From Marinilabiliales bacterium (GTDB lineage Bacteria > Bacteroidota > Bacteroidia > Bacteroidales > SZUA-534): a DNA stretch of 64,000 bases. The stretch covers positions 12,083 to 76,082 of the forward strand of contig DOTG01000026.1 of assembly GCA_003512955.1 (NCBI GenBank), in the 5' to 3' direction. The position numbers and the translations under genes are program-made. Below are positions 8,244 to 16,456 of this stretch, piece by piece (position 1 is the first letter of the stretch; every line of letters starts with the position of its first letter). The notes under the pieces are model-generated. The model was not told the origin of the DNA, searched no databases, and was given only the letters and a program-made list of their open reading frames with translations.

Positions 8244-9620
8244 ATGAAAAAGAACTTATGTAACCTGACGTTCCTCGTGTCCCTGCTTTTTGCCGTGGGA
8301 TGTGGGCCAACTGCACAAAAACAAGCTACGGAACACGTAGCAAACTCAAAAGTTTACACCCATCCTTCGTGGACAAAAAATGCCAATATTTACGAAGTGA
8401 ACATCCGGCAATATACCAACGAAGGTACATTCGCCGCTTTTGAAAAACACATGCCCCGTTTGAAAGAAATGGGGGTCGATATTCTTTGGATTATGCCCAT
8501 TCATCCCATAGGTGAAATAAACAGGAAAGGAACCTTAGGGAGTTATTATGCTGTGAAAGACTATCAGCAGGTAAACCCCGAATTTGGGAACATGGAAGAT
8601 TTTAAACACATGGTTTCTACCGCCCATGAATTGGGAATGTATGTAATCATTGATTGGGTGGCAAACCATACCTCGTGGGACAACTGGTTGATGCAATCGC
8701 ATCCCGATTGGTACACCCGCGACTCCTTAAATAAAGTAGTTGCCCCGGTAGCTGATTGGGCCGATGTGGCCGATTTGGACTACAATGTCCCCGAGTTGCG
8801 CGAATATATCGCTCAAAGCATGGAATTTTGGGTAAAAGAGGCCAATATTGACGGATACCGTTGCGATGTGGCCTGCATGGTCCCTACCGATTTCTGGATC
8901 AACGTCCGTGTCCGCCTGGACTCTATCAAACCTGTATTTATGTTAGCGGAATGTGAATCGAAAGAAATTTTGAGTGCCTTTGACATGATTTACGGATGGG
9001 ATTTTCACCACATTATGAACCAAATAGCCCAGAAAAAACAAGATGTACAGGCATTGAATACTTACTTCACAAAAATTGATACTGTTTACGATGCCGATGA
9101 ATATTACATGAACTTTACATCGAACCACGATGAGAATTCCTGGAATGGTACCGAATACGACCGTATGGGTGTTGCTGCCCCAGCTATGGCTGTTTTAGCG
9201 GCTACAGTTCCTGGTATGCCTTTGATTTATACCGGACAAGAAGATAAATTATCGAGAAAATTAAACTTCTTTGAAAAGGACCCAATTGCTTGGAATGATT
9301 TTACATTGCAAGGATTCTATCAAAAACTTCTAACTTTAAAACACGACAACAAGGCCCTTTGGAACGGTGCTGCGGGCGGAAGCATGCAAATAGTTGCCAA
9401 TTCGGGAACCAATGTGTTTTCGTTCATCCGCCAAAACGGACCGGATAAAGTTCTGGTGGTGCTAAATTTAACCGATACTGAACAATCGGTTAAATTTGAG
9501 GAATCCCAAATTTTTGGAGTTTACCAATCATTGTTTGCCCAAACGCAAGTATCTATTGAAAAAGAAGCCAACTTAAAACTTGAACCCTGGGGTTATTTGG
9601 TTTTAACTGCTATTAAATAA
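8244..9620 (+). CDS. GH13 alpha-amylase-family lipoprotein
   Basis: Lipoprotein signal LLFAVGC. GH13 conserved regions DWVANHTS (I), DGYRCDVA (II), FMLAECE (III) and FTSNHDE (IV). Confidence 0.85.
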   Translation: MKKNLCNLTFLVSLLFAVGCGPTAQKQATEHVANSKVYTHPSWTKNANIYEVNIRQYTNEGTFAAFEKHMPRLKEMGVDILWIMPIHPIGEINRKGTLGSYYAVKDYQQVNPEFGNMEDFKHMVSTAHELGMYVIIDWVANHTSWDNWLMQSHPDWYTRDSLNKVVAPVADWADVADLDYNVPELREYIAQSMEFWVKEANIDGYRCDVACMVPTDFWINVRVRLDSIKPVFMLAECESKEILSAFDMIYGWDFHHIMNQIAQKKQDVQALNTYFTKIDTVYDADEYYMNFTSNHDENSWNGTEYDRMGVAAPAMAVLAATVPGMPLIYTGQEDKLSRKLNFFEKDPIAWNDFTLQGFYQKLLTLKHDNKALWNGAAGGSMQIVANSGTNVFSFIRQNGPDKVLVVLNLTDTEQSVKFEESQIFGVYQSLFAQTQVSIEKEANLKLEPWGYLVLTAIK

Positions 9621-9678
9621 TTCAACGACTCGTTTTATATGGATTTGGTTGTTTGTTTATTATTGTAAATGAGATATT

Positions 9679-9817
9679 GAAAGAGGTTGTCTAGAAAGTC
9701 ATCGGATGAATTTTTAATTAATTGATTTATTGTATTTTAGTGATTACACCTTTTGGTAAAAGTATTCATCCGATGACTTGTTTATTAATAAACTCAATTT
9801 ATTAGACAGCCTCTTTC
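9679..9817. repeat. nested inverted-repeat element (MITE-like or structured RNA) in the amylase-esterase intergenic region
   Basis: Outer arms are GAAAGAGGTTGTCTA (9679-9693) and TAGACAGCCTCTTTC (9803-9817), 15 nt with 1 mismatch that would be a G-U pair in RNA. Inner arms are AAGTCATCGGATGAAT (9696-9711) and ATTCATCCGATGACTT (9764-9779), a perfect 16 nt. Confidence 0.65.
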
Positions 9818-9895
9818 CCTAGCTAATAATGAGGTATATTTATCGTCAATAGAGGTTACTAAAATGGCTATATTTAATATTTAAATAATTGAATT

Positions 9896-10624
9896 ATGAA
9901 AAATTATTACCCGAGACTCCTTATTCGATTTATAATAATAGTATTATTTAATTTGCCGGCAACCATGAAAGCACAACAAGCAGGGAGCCAATTCAAGCAG
10001 CAGATCAACGGTTCGTTCCAGTTGCAATATTTGGTTTATCTACCTCAAAATTATCAACCCCAGGGCAATGAAAAATACCCGATGATATTATTCCTCCACG
10101 GCTCAGGCGAACGGGGCGACAGTATTGAATTGGTAAAAGCCTGGGGGCCTCCAAAAATTGCCGAAGAAAAAGGTTTGCCGTTTATTGTTGTTTCTCCGCA
10201 ATGCCCCAATGGCATTTGGTGGAATGCCTTGCTGCTGCCTTTACGCGAATTGCTCGATCAAACGATCCAAGATTACAATGTGGACACTTCGCGCATTTAT
10301 TTAACAGGGATGAGCATGGGTGGTTTTGGCACCTTTGCTTTGGCTCAGGCATATCCCGATTATTTCGCAGCCATTGCTCCCGTTTGTGGCGGAGGTACGC
10401 CGGGTATGGTAAAATTTATTAAAAATGTCCCTACCTGGGTATTTCATGGCCAGGATGATGATGTTGTATTGCCCAAGAACTCAATTTTAATGGTTGATGC
10501 CTTAAAAGAAGCCGGGGCCGAAGTAAAATTTACTCTTTATCCAGGTGTTAATCATGGTTCGTGGATTCCCGCTTATAACGATTCAGGCATTTTTGACTGG
10601 TTCTTAGAACACCGCAAACAATAA
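9896..10624 (+). CDS. secreted alpha/beta-hydrolase esterase (carboxylesterase / dienelactone-hydrolase-like)
   Basis: Signal peptide, oxyanion region FLHGSGERG, nucleophile elbow GMSMGG, acidic HGQDDDVV, and histidine in VNHGSW. This gives a visible Ser-Asp-His triad. Confidence 0.75.
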   Translation: MKNYYPRLLIRFIIIVLFNLPATMKAQQAGSQFKQQINGSFQLQYLVYLPQNYQPQGNEKYPMILFLHGSGERGDSIELVKAWGPPKIAEEKGLPFIVVSPQCPNGIWWNALLLPLRELLDQTIQDYNVDTSRIYLTGMSMGGFGTFALAQAYPDYFAAIAPVCGGGTPGMVKFIKNVPTWVFHGQDDDVVLPKNSILMVDALKEAGAEVKFTLYPGVNHGSWIPAYNDSGIFDWFLEHRKQ

Positions 10625-10671
10625 TCTCAGTACCACATTTGAATCATCTTTAACTAAAAATACCTTTCAAA

Positions 10672-12522
10672 ATGAAACTAAAACTTTTAGTAATTGCCTT
10701 TCTGGCACTAGCCTTACAAGTACATGCCAAAACCGATCTAAAAAAAGTGGAACCCATGAATTGGTGGGTAGGGATGAATAATCCCAACCTGCAATTATTG
10801 GTTTATGGCGAAAATATTTCACTTACCCAGCCCGTCCTCAGTTATCAGGGGGTACAAGTGAAAGAAATTCATAAAGTGGAGAATCCAAATTATTTATTTA
10901 TCGACCTCGTGATTGGTGCCGAAACACAACCTGGCAAATTCACGATCGAATTTAAAGAGGGTAAAAAGAACGTTGCTTCATACAAATATGAATTGAAGGC
11001 AAAGAACACACAGCCCAATATCCATAAAGGATTTAGCAGCTCCGATGTGGTTTATCTGTTAATGCCCGACCGTTTCTCAAATGGTGATCCTACAAACGAT
11101 AACCACCCCGAAACTGTAGAGAAAGCCAACCGGACTCTTCCTTCCGGACGCCACGGTGGCGATCTGCAGGGTGTGATAAATCACCTGGATTATATCGCGC
11201 AAACCGGATTCACTGCATTGTGGCTGAATCCTTTTTTAGAAAACAATCAGGATGCCTTTACCTACCACGGATATGCCATTTCTGACTTCTACAAGGTTGA
11301 TCCCCGCTATGGAACCAATGCTTTGTTTTTAGAATTGGTTAACCAGTCGCACCAAAAGGATATTAAAATTATCATGGACATGGTTTTTAACCATTGTGGC
11401 AGTGCCCATTGGTTTATTAAAGATTTACCCATGAAAAACTGGATTCACCAGCATGAAGCGTACACCCGTTCAAATTTCCGTGCCCCGGTTATTTCCGATC
11501 CTTATGCCGCACAAGCCGATGTTGAAAAAATGCTGACCGGCTGGTTCGATACCAACATGCCTGATTTGAATCAACAGAATCCTTTTTTGGCTACCTATTT
11601 AATACAAAATACCATTTGGTGGGTGGAATATGCCGGGCTCGATGGCATCCGGGTGGATACTCAACCATACTCTTACAAGGAATTTATGTCGGACTGGGCA
11701 CAAGCGGTTATGGCTGAATATCCCACATTGAACCTGGTTGGCGAGGCCTGGATTCAACTAATTCCAAATACCACCTATTTTCAGAGAGGAGCCAAGAACA
11801 GAGACGGTTACGATTCGCACATGACCTGTGTGACTGATTTCCCGATGCATGATGCTTTAAATGCTGCCTTCAACGAGAAAGAAGGTTGGACTGAGGGAAT
11901 GGCCAAATTATATATTACATTAGCCCAAGACTTTGCCTACCAACATCCCGAAAATTTGCTGATTTTTGCCGATAATCACGACCTCAACCGTTTCTATGAA
12001 TCCATTGGCCACGATTTAAGAAAATTTAAAATGGCCATGGCTTTCATGTTAACCACCCGCGGAGTCCCCCAGGTTTATTATGGAACAGAAATCCTGATGG
12101 ATGGAATGGAACATCAGGGGCATGGATTCATCCGCAAAGATTTTCCCGGGGGATGGATGGGCGATACTATTGATGCATTTTCGCTTTCCGGGTTAAATCC
12201 TGATCAGGCAGATGCACATCACTATATGAAAACACTGCTAAACTGGCGGAAAAAGAACGAAGTTATTCATCGTGGAAAATTGATGCAATTTATTCCTGAA
12301 GACGGTATTTATGTAACCTTTAGATATACCGACAACAAAGCGGTGATGGTGGTTTTGAATAATAACGAACAAGCAGACAAAACTATAGCCACTCACCGAT
12401 ACAAAGAAATACTTAGTCTGTACAAAACAGGTAAAGAGGTAATTTTAGGTACAGCATATTCCAAGTTAGATTCTCTTCAGATTCCTGCCAAATCGGCATT
12501 AATTATTGAGCTGAACAAATAA
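10672..12522 (+). CDS. periplasmic GH13 neopullulanase/cyclomaltodextrinase-like enzyme (SusA-like)
   Basis: SPI signal peptide ALALQVHA and an N-terminal cyclomaltodextrinase-type domain. GH13 regions DMVFNHCG (I), DGIRVDTQPY (II), LVGEAW (III) and FADNHDLNR (IV). The 616-aa length resembles SusA-type enzymes. Confidence 0.85.
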   Translation: MKLKLLVIAFLALALQVHAKTDLKKVEPMNWWVGMNNPNLQLLVYGENISLTQPVLSYQGVQVKEIHKVENPNYLFIDLVIGAETQPGKFTIEFKEGKKNVASYKYELKAKNTQPNIHKGFSSSDVVYLLMPDRFSNGDPTNDNHPETVEKANRTLPSGRHGGDLQGVINHLDYIAQTGFTALWLNPFLENNQDAFTYHGYAISDFYKVDPRYGTNALFLELVNQSHQKDIKIIMDMVFNHCGSAHWFIKDLPMKNWIHQHEAYTRSNFRAPVISDPYAAQADVEKMLTGWFDTNMPDLNQQNPFLATYLIQNTIWWVEYAGLDGIRVDTQPYSYKEFMSDWAQAVMAEYPTLNLVGEAWIQLIPNTTYFQRGAKNRDGYDSHMTCVTDFPMHDALNAAFNEKEGWTEGMAKLYITLAQDFAYQHPENLLIFADNHDLNRFYESIGHDLRKFKMAMAFMLTTRGVPQVYYGTEILMDGMEHQGHGFIRKDFPGGWMGDTIDAFSLSGLNPDQADAHHYMKTLLNWRKKNEVIHRGKLMQFIPEDGIYVTFRYTDNKAVMVVLNNNEQADKTIATHRYKEILSLYKTGKEVILGTAYSKLDSLQIPAKSALIIELNK

Positions 12523-12530
12523 AACGAACA

Positions 12531-12559
12531 AAAAAAAGCTGCAAACCGCAGCTTTTTTT
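12531..12559. terminator. bidirectional Rho-independent terminator between convergent GH13 and arsR-like genes
   Basis: AAAAAAAGCTGC-aaacc-GCAGCTTTTTTT. The GC stem is flanked by an A-run and a T-run. Confidence 0.8.
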
Positions 12560-12578
12560 ATCAATTGAAGCATAAAAC

Positions 12579-12899
12579 TTAAATAACAGTAAAAAAGCTA
12601 TTCAGTAAAATTTGAATTTGGGTATATTCCTTTTTATCTAACGAGTAGATGGTTTTTGGCGGCATTTCCTGTCCTTTGATGAGGTTGACCTTGCGCAATT
12701 CTTTTAAATGCTGCGACACTGTACTTTGCGCCAGCGGAAGTTGGTTCACAATGTCGTTGCAGGTACAATCTTTTTGATACAATAATTGTAGAATTGCAAT
12801 CCTTGCCGGATGTGCAATCGCCCTGGCTACTTTTGAAACTTCAATCTGCGAAGTAGAATAGGTGTTTATGGCTGTTGACACTCCCATGTTATTATTCAT
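12579..12899 (-). CDS. ArsR/SmtB-family transcriptional regulator
   Basis: AIAHPARIAILQLLYQKDCTCNDIVNQLPLAQSTVSQHLKELRK is a winged HTH with a CxC motif at the alpha-3 position. I chose the start at ATG 12899 (106 aa). The track start at 12959 adds 20 non-conserved-looking residues. Confidence 0.75.
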   Translation of the reverse strand: MNNNMGVSTAINTYSTSQIEVSKVARAIAHPARIAILQLLYQKDCTCNDIVNQLPLAQSTVSQHLKELRKVNLIKGQEMPPKTIYSLDKKEYTQIQILLNSFFTVI

Positions 12900-13112
12900 T
12901 TTAAGGGTTTTCTTAATCCATTGCAATATTACGATTAAGCTATTGCTAAAAAACGGCAATTATACAATTGGTATAAGGAGTTTTATATTTGGGCGGATTA
13001 ACTAAAAATCCGGTAGATTTTTATCCTTTTCAGAAAAGGATTGAAGGGGGTATAATGAATTGGCATTTCGGCAGCCAACAAAATGATTATTTGCTGTTTT
13101 AACTTGAAATCA

Positions 13113-13868
13113 CTATCTTTTTTGCTGTACCATGCTCGACATCAATTCCATAAACTGGTTTTTTTTCCGGCGCGACAAGAAAGCTACACTTCCATCCTCC
13201 ATCACAATTTCATTACCCAGCCTATTAATTTTTTTTACATGCAACAAATTTATAAGATGCGATTGGTGAGGCCGGTAAAAAGGATGATCTTCAAGCAAAC
13301 TTTCAAACTCGCCCAGGTTTTTGGAAACAACCATTTCGGTTTGATCCAGAAATTTTAACGTGGAATAACTTCCTTCGGCAAGAATCTGGACAATATCTGA
13401 AATCTTAACAAAGTCAATACTTTCCGAGGTAGAAAGGGCAATCTTTTCAGGCTTTTGGCTTTTCACATTTTCAAGAAGTACATTCAGCCGTTCATCCGAT
13501 TTGTTGGAAACCCCATTATGGAAAGCCTTTGAAACGGCTTTAATAATTTCATCAATATCAATGGGCTTTAGGATGTAATCAATGGCCGAATATTTAAAAG
13601 CCTTGATGGCATACTGGTTGTAAGCGGTCACAAAAATCACCTGAAATTTGCGATCCGGAAGGCTTTCAAGCACATCAAACCCAGTGCCGTCGGGCATCTC
13701 CACATCCATAAAAACCAAATCGGGTTCAATCTCCTCAATTATAGCTTTTGCCTCGCGGACTGACTGGGCTGAACCTTCAATGCTGATGTTCGAAAAATTC
13801 TCGTTTACAATAAGTTTGATTGATTCAATAGCATCTTTTTCGTCGTCAACAACAACTGCTTTATACAT
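13113..13868 (-). CDS. LytR/AlgR-family response regulator (REC + LytTR DNA-binding domain)
   Basis: The receiver domain has VVVDDE and a phospho-acceptor in LVFMDVEMPDGTG. The C-terminal part is LytTR-like (IALSTSESIDFVKISDIVQILAEGSYSTL...HQSHLINLLHV). Confidence 0.85.
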   Translation of the reverse strand: MYKAVVVDDEKDAIESIKLIVNENFSNISIEGSAQSVREAKAIIEEIEPDLVFMDVEMPDGTGFDVLESLPDRKFQVIFVTAYNQYAIKAFKYSAIDYILKPIDIDEIIKAVSKAFHNGVSNKSDERLNVLLENVKSQKPEKIALSTSESIDFVKISDIVQILAEGSYSTLKFLDQTEMVVSKNLGEFESLLEDHPFYRPHQSHLINLLHVKKINRLGNEIVMEDGSVAFLSRRKKNQFMELMSSMVQQKR

Positions 13869-13976
13869 AAACCCCCTAGTTTGTAACTCCCTTTTTTCAA
13901 AACCATGTGCCTTTTATTTGCCCTAATTGTCACCTCCCAATGGACAAAGGACTTTGTGATAAAACTACATGGACAT

Positions 13977-13984
13977 CAAATATA
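13977..13984 (-). promoter_or_regulatory. candidate -7 box for the LytTR regulator gene
   Basis: Reverse strand TATATTTG, 108 nt upstream of ATG 13868. Confidence 0.3.
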
Positions 13985-13985
13985 T

Positions 13986-14693
13986 CTAATTTTCTTCGGA
14001 TTGTTCTTCCTCCTCCATCTTATTTTTAAATCCTTCAACCACTAATACTATTTCCCCTTTTATAGCTTTACTGCTAAAATGTTTTATGGCCGAGGTCAAC
14101 GTACCACGGTAGTTTTCCTCATGCAATTTTGAAAGCTCCCTGCTTACAGCAACCCTCCGGTCCTGCCCTAAAAACTGATGCAACTGCTCCAGGGTTTTCA
14201 ACAACCGATGAGGCGATTCATAAAAAACCAATGTCCGTGGTTCCGCAATTAAAGCTTCAATCCGCCTTTGCCTTCCTTTTTTCTGGGGCAAAAATCCTTC
14301 AAAAATAAACCTATCGGTAGGCAATCCCGAATTTACCAATGCCGGGATTAGAGCCGTGGCACCCGGCAAACATTCCACATCAATATTTTTTTCGATGCAC
14401 TCCCTGACGATTAAAAACCCCGGATCGGAGATTCCAGGTGTACCCGCATCGCTGACTAACGCTACAGAACTCACAGCCAGAATCCGTTGGATGACTGATT
14501 CCAGTTGCTTGTGCTCGTTAAATTTATGAAAAGGAAACAATTTTGCGTTAATCTCAAAATGTTTCAATAAAAACCCACTGGTACGGGTATCTTCAGCCAG
14601 AATAAAATCAACAGATTTTAATACCTTCAAGGCCCGCAAGGTAATATCTTCAAGGTTTCCGATGGGTGTGGGAACGATAAAAAGTTTTGGCAT
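13986..14693 (-). CDS. rsmI: 16S rRNA (cytidine1402-2'-O)-methyltransferase
   Basis: LFIVPTPIGNLEDITLRALKVLKSVDFILAEDTR and DAGTPGISDPG are RsmI/tetrapyrrole-methylase-fold motifs. The start is set at ATG 14693 (MPKLFIV). The track start at 14771 overlaps the upstream gene. Confidence 0.85.
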   Translation of the reverse strand: MPKLFIVPTPIGNLEDITLRALKVLKSVDFILAEDTRTSGFLLKHFEINAKLFPFHKFNEHKQLESVIQRILAVSSVALVSDAGTPGISDPGFLIVRECIEKNIDVECLPGATALIPALVNSGLPTDRFIFEGFLPQKKGRQRRIEALIAEPRTLVFYESPHRLLKTLEQLHQFLGQDRRVAVSRELSKLHEENYRGTLTSAIKHFSSKAIKGEIVLVVEGFKNKMEEEEQSEEN

Positions 14694-14701
14694 AGCGTTG
14701 T

Positions 14702-15679
14702 TTATTTGTTTGCAAAACGGCGGATAACCAACTCTAAAAACCCAATGGTACTCTTCTGGTTCTGATCCCAATTAAAATTCGAAAACAGGTGGGCCAAGGC
14801 TTCATCTAAACTGGAAGAATGATTGATGGCCTCGACTGTTTTTTCAAATAACGTGGCATCCTTATTAAAAAGCTCATTGGTAAACCAAATCCGGTCGTTC
14901 AGTTTAATGGCCGATTTCAGGTTCCTTATAGGCCGCTCTTTTATAACCGAAGCCAAGTCTTTGTTCTTCTTAATTCCGGCCAGCATATCATTTACCGAAG
15001 CTGCCTGATTCATAAATTTGTCGGCAACAATAACTCCTGAGTTCCCCCTCGGGTTTTCAATATCTCTGGATTTTTGCTTTTTCCCCAGACTTGGTATTTC
15101 AGTTTGTACGGTTGTAACCTTTTCCTCTGCTTCATTCTGTTGAGTAATTTCGCCGGGTTTTTGGACATCTTCATGAATTTTAGGCTCCAAATCCTCAGAA
15201 ACCTGCGGCACCTCTTTCAAAATTTCAATTGTTTTTTCCTTTTCCAATCCTGTTGGCTTTTCAGATGCAGTAATAGCCGCAGTAAAAGATCCCTTTTCCT
15301 CAACAATAACTTTTGATTTTGGAAGCTCCGCTTCTATGGGCTGCGGCTCATAAACAGTATCCTTTGGTTCGGGAACACTCTCTTGAACCACTTCTTTTTT
15401 TGGTGCTATCACTGGTCCGTTAGGCTTTATCCTTGACGATTCAGCTTTCATTAAACTTTCTTCCTGCCAAATGGCCTTTGCTTGCTCCTTTTGAGGTAAT
15501 TTAACTTCGGTACCCAAATTTTGAAGCATCAACAGCACATGCTGAATATCTTTTATTTTCGACAATGCCATGTCAATTTCAAAAGACTCGATGATACCAT
15601 CGGCTGAAAAATCACTAACTATCTCCGTTAAGGTTGTTAACTCTTTGTTGATGATTTTTACCAGTTTCTCTTTATTCAT
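14702..15679 (-). CDS. hypothetical protein with an acidic, probably disordered central region and a structured C-terminal domain
   Basis: 325 aa from ATG 15679 (MNKEKLVKIINKEL). The centre is a long E/K/P/V-rich stretch. The C-terminal part reads ADKFMNQAASVNDMLAG...LNDRIWFTNELFNKD. The stop lies 8 nt before the rsmI start. I recognise no enzymatic motif. Confidence 0.6.
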   Translation of the reverse strand: MNKEKLVKIINKELTTLTEIVSDFSADGIIESFEIDMALSKIKDIQHVLLMLQNLGTEVKLPQKEQAKAIWQEESLMKAESSRIKPNGPVIAPKKEVVQESVPEPKDTVYEPQPIEAELPKSKVIVEEKGSFTAAITASEKPTGLEKEKTIEILKEVPQVSEDLEPKIHEDVQKPGEITQQNEAEEKVTTVQTEIPSLGKKQKSRDIENPRGNSGVIVADKFMNQAASVNDMLAGIKKNKDLASVIKERPIRNLKSAIKLNDRIWFTNELFNKDATLFEKTVEAINHSSSLDEALAHLFSNFNWDQNQKSTIGFLELVIRRFANK

Positions 15680-15799
15680 ACGTGTGGTTTGTTTTACTTT
15701 GTAAATGTAGCAATTGTGAATGAAACGTCCGAATGATGGATGTTGATATATCGCCACCAAAATTAGTATGGATACGCCGAAGGGCTCAAATAAAAAAAG

Positions 15800-16375
15800 A
15801 TGTTTCTCGAAAAAAATAATAAAATAGTAAAAAAAGGATGGATTGAAGTGGTCTGCGGGTCTATGTTCTCAGGAAAAACCGAAGAGCTCATCCGCCGTCT
15901 GAAACGGGCTAAAATAGCCAAACAAAAAGTGGAGATTTTTAAACCAAAAATTGATACCCGGTATTCGGAGGTAGAGGTTGTTTCGCACGATGAAAATGCC
16001 ATACTGTCCACTCCTGTAGATAGCCCCCGGAATATTTTGTTGCTGGCCAACGATACCGAAGTGGTAGGTATTGATGAGGCCCAGTTTTTTGACGATGGCT
16101 TGGTTGAAGTCTGTAATATTTTAGCCAACCGGGGCATCAGGGTAATTGTTGCCGGATTAGATATGGATTTCCGGGGCGAACCTTTTGGCCCTATTCCGAA
16201 ACTCATGGCCACTGCCGAATATGTGACCAAAGTACACGCCATTTGTGTAAAATGCGGCGATTTGGCGCACCATTCGCACCGCCTTTCGCAAAGCGACAAA
16301 CTGGTAGTTTTAGGCGAAACCGATATTTATGAACCTTTGTGCCGCGATTGTTTTAACAAAGCTTACAAGCTGTGA
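15800..16375 (+). CDS. tdk: thymidine kinase
   Basis: P-loop [24 protein letters not shown], and a C-terminal zinc ribbon CVKCG...CRDC. Confidence 0.9.
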   Translation: MFLEKNNKIVKKGWIEVVCGSMFSGKTEELIRRLKRAKIAKQKVEIFKPKIDTRYSEVEVVSHDENAILSTPVDSPRNILLLANDTEVVGIDEAQFFDDGLVEVCNILANRGIRVIVAGLDMDFRGEPFGPIPKLMATAEYVTKVHAICVKCGDLAHHSHRLSQSDKLVVLGETDIYEPLCRDCFNKAYKL

Positions 16376-16456
16376 CAGAAATTAATCCCCGTTTAAAATT
16401 ACTTACCTATTCCCTTAAAATTTAGTATATTCACCCGACCATAAAAACCGGATAAA

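Noticed and set aside
12900-12959. Longer start for the ArsR-like gene (track start 12959)
   Set aside because: The 20 extra residues (MPFFSNSLIVILQWIKKTLK) precede the family-typical length. ATG 12899 gives a 106-aa protein of normal ArsR size. The choice remains uncertain, so the alternative is noted rather than excluded.
15763-16299. 178-aa ORF antisense to tdk
   Set aside because: It overlaps the thymidine kinase gene completely. The translation has no recognisable features, whereas tdk has a P-loop and a zinc ribbon. I treat it as a shadow ORF.
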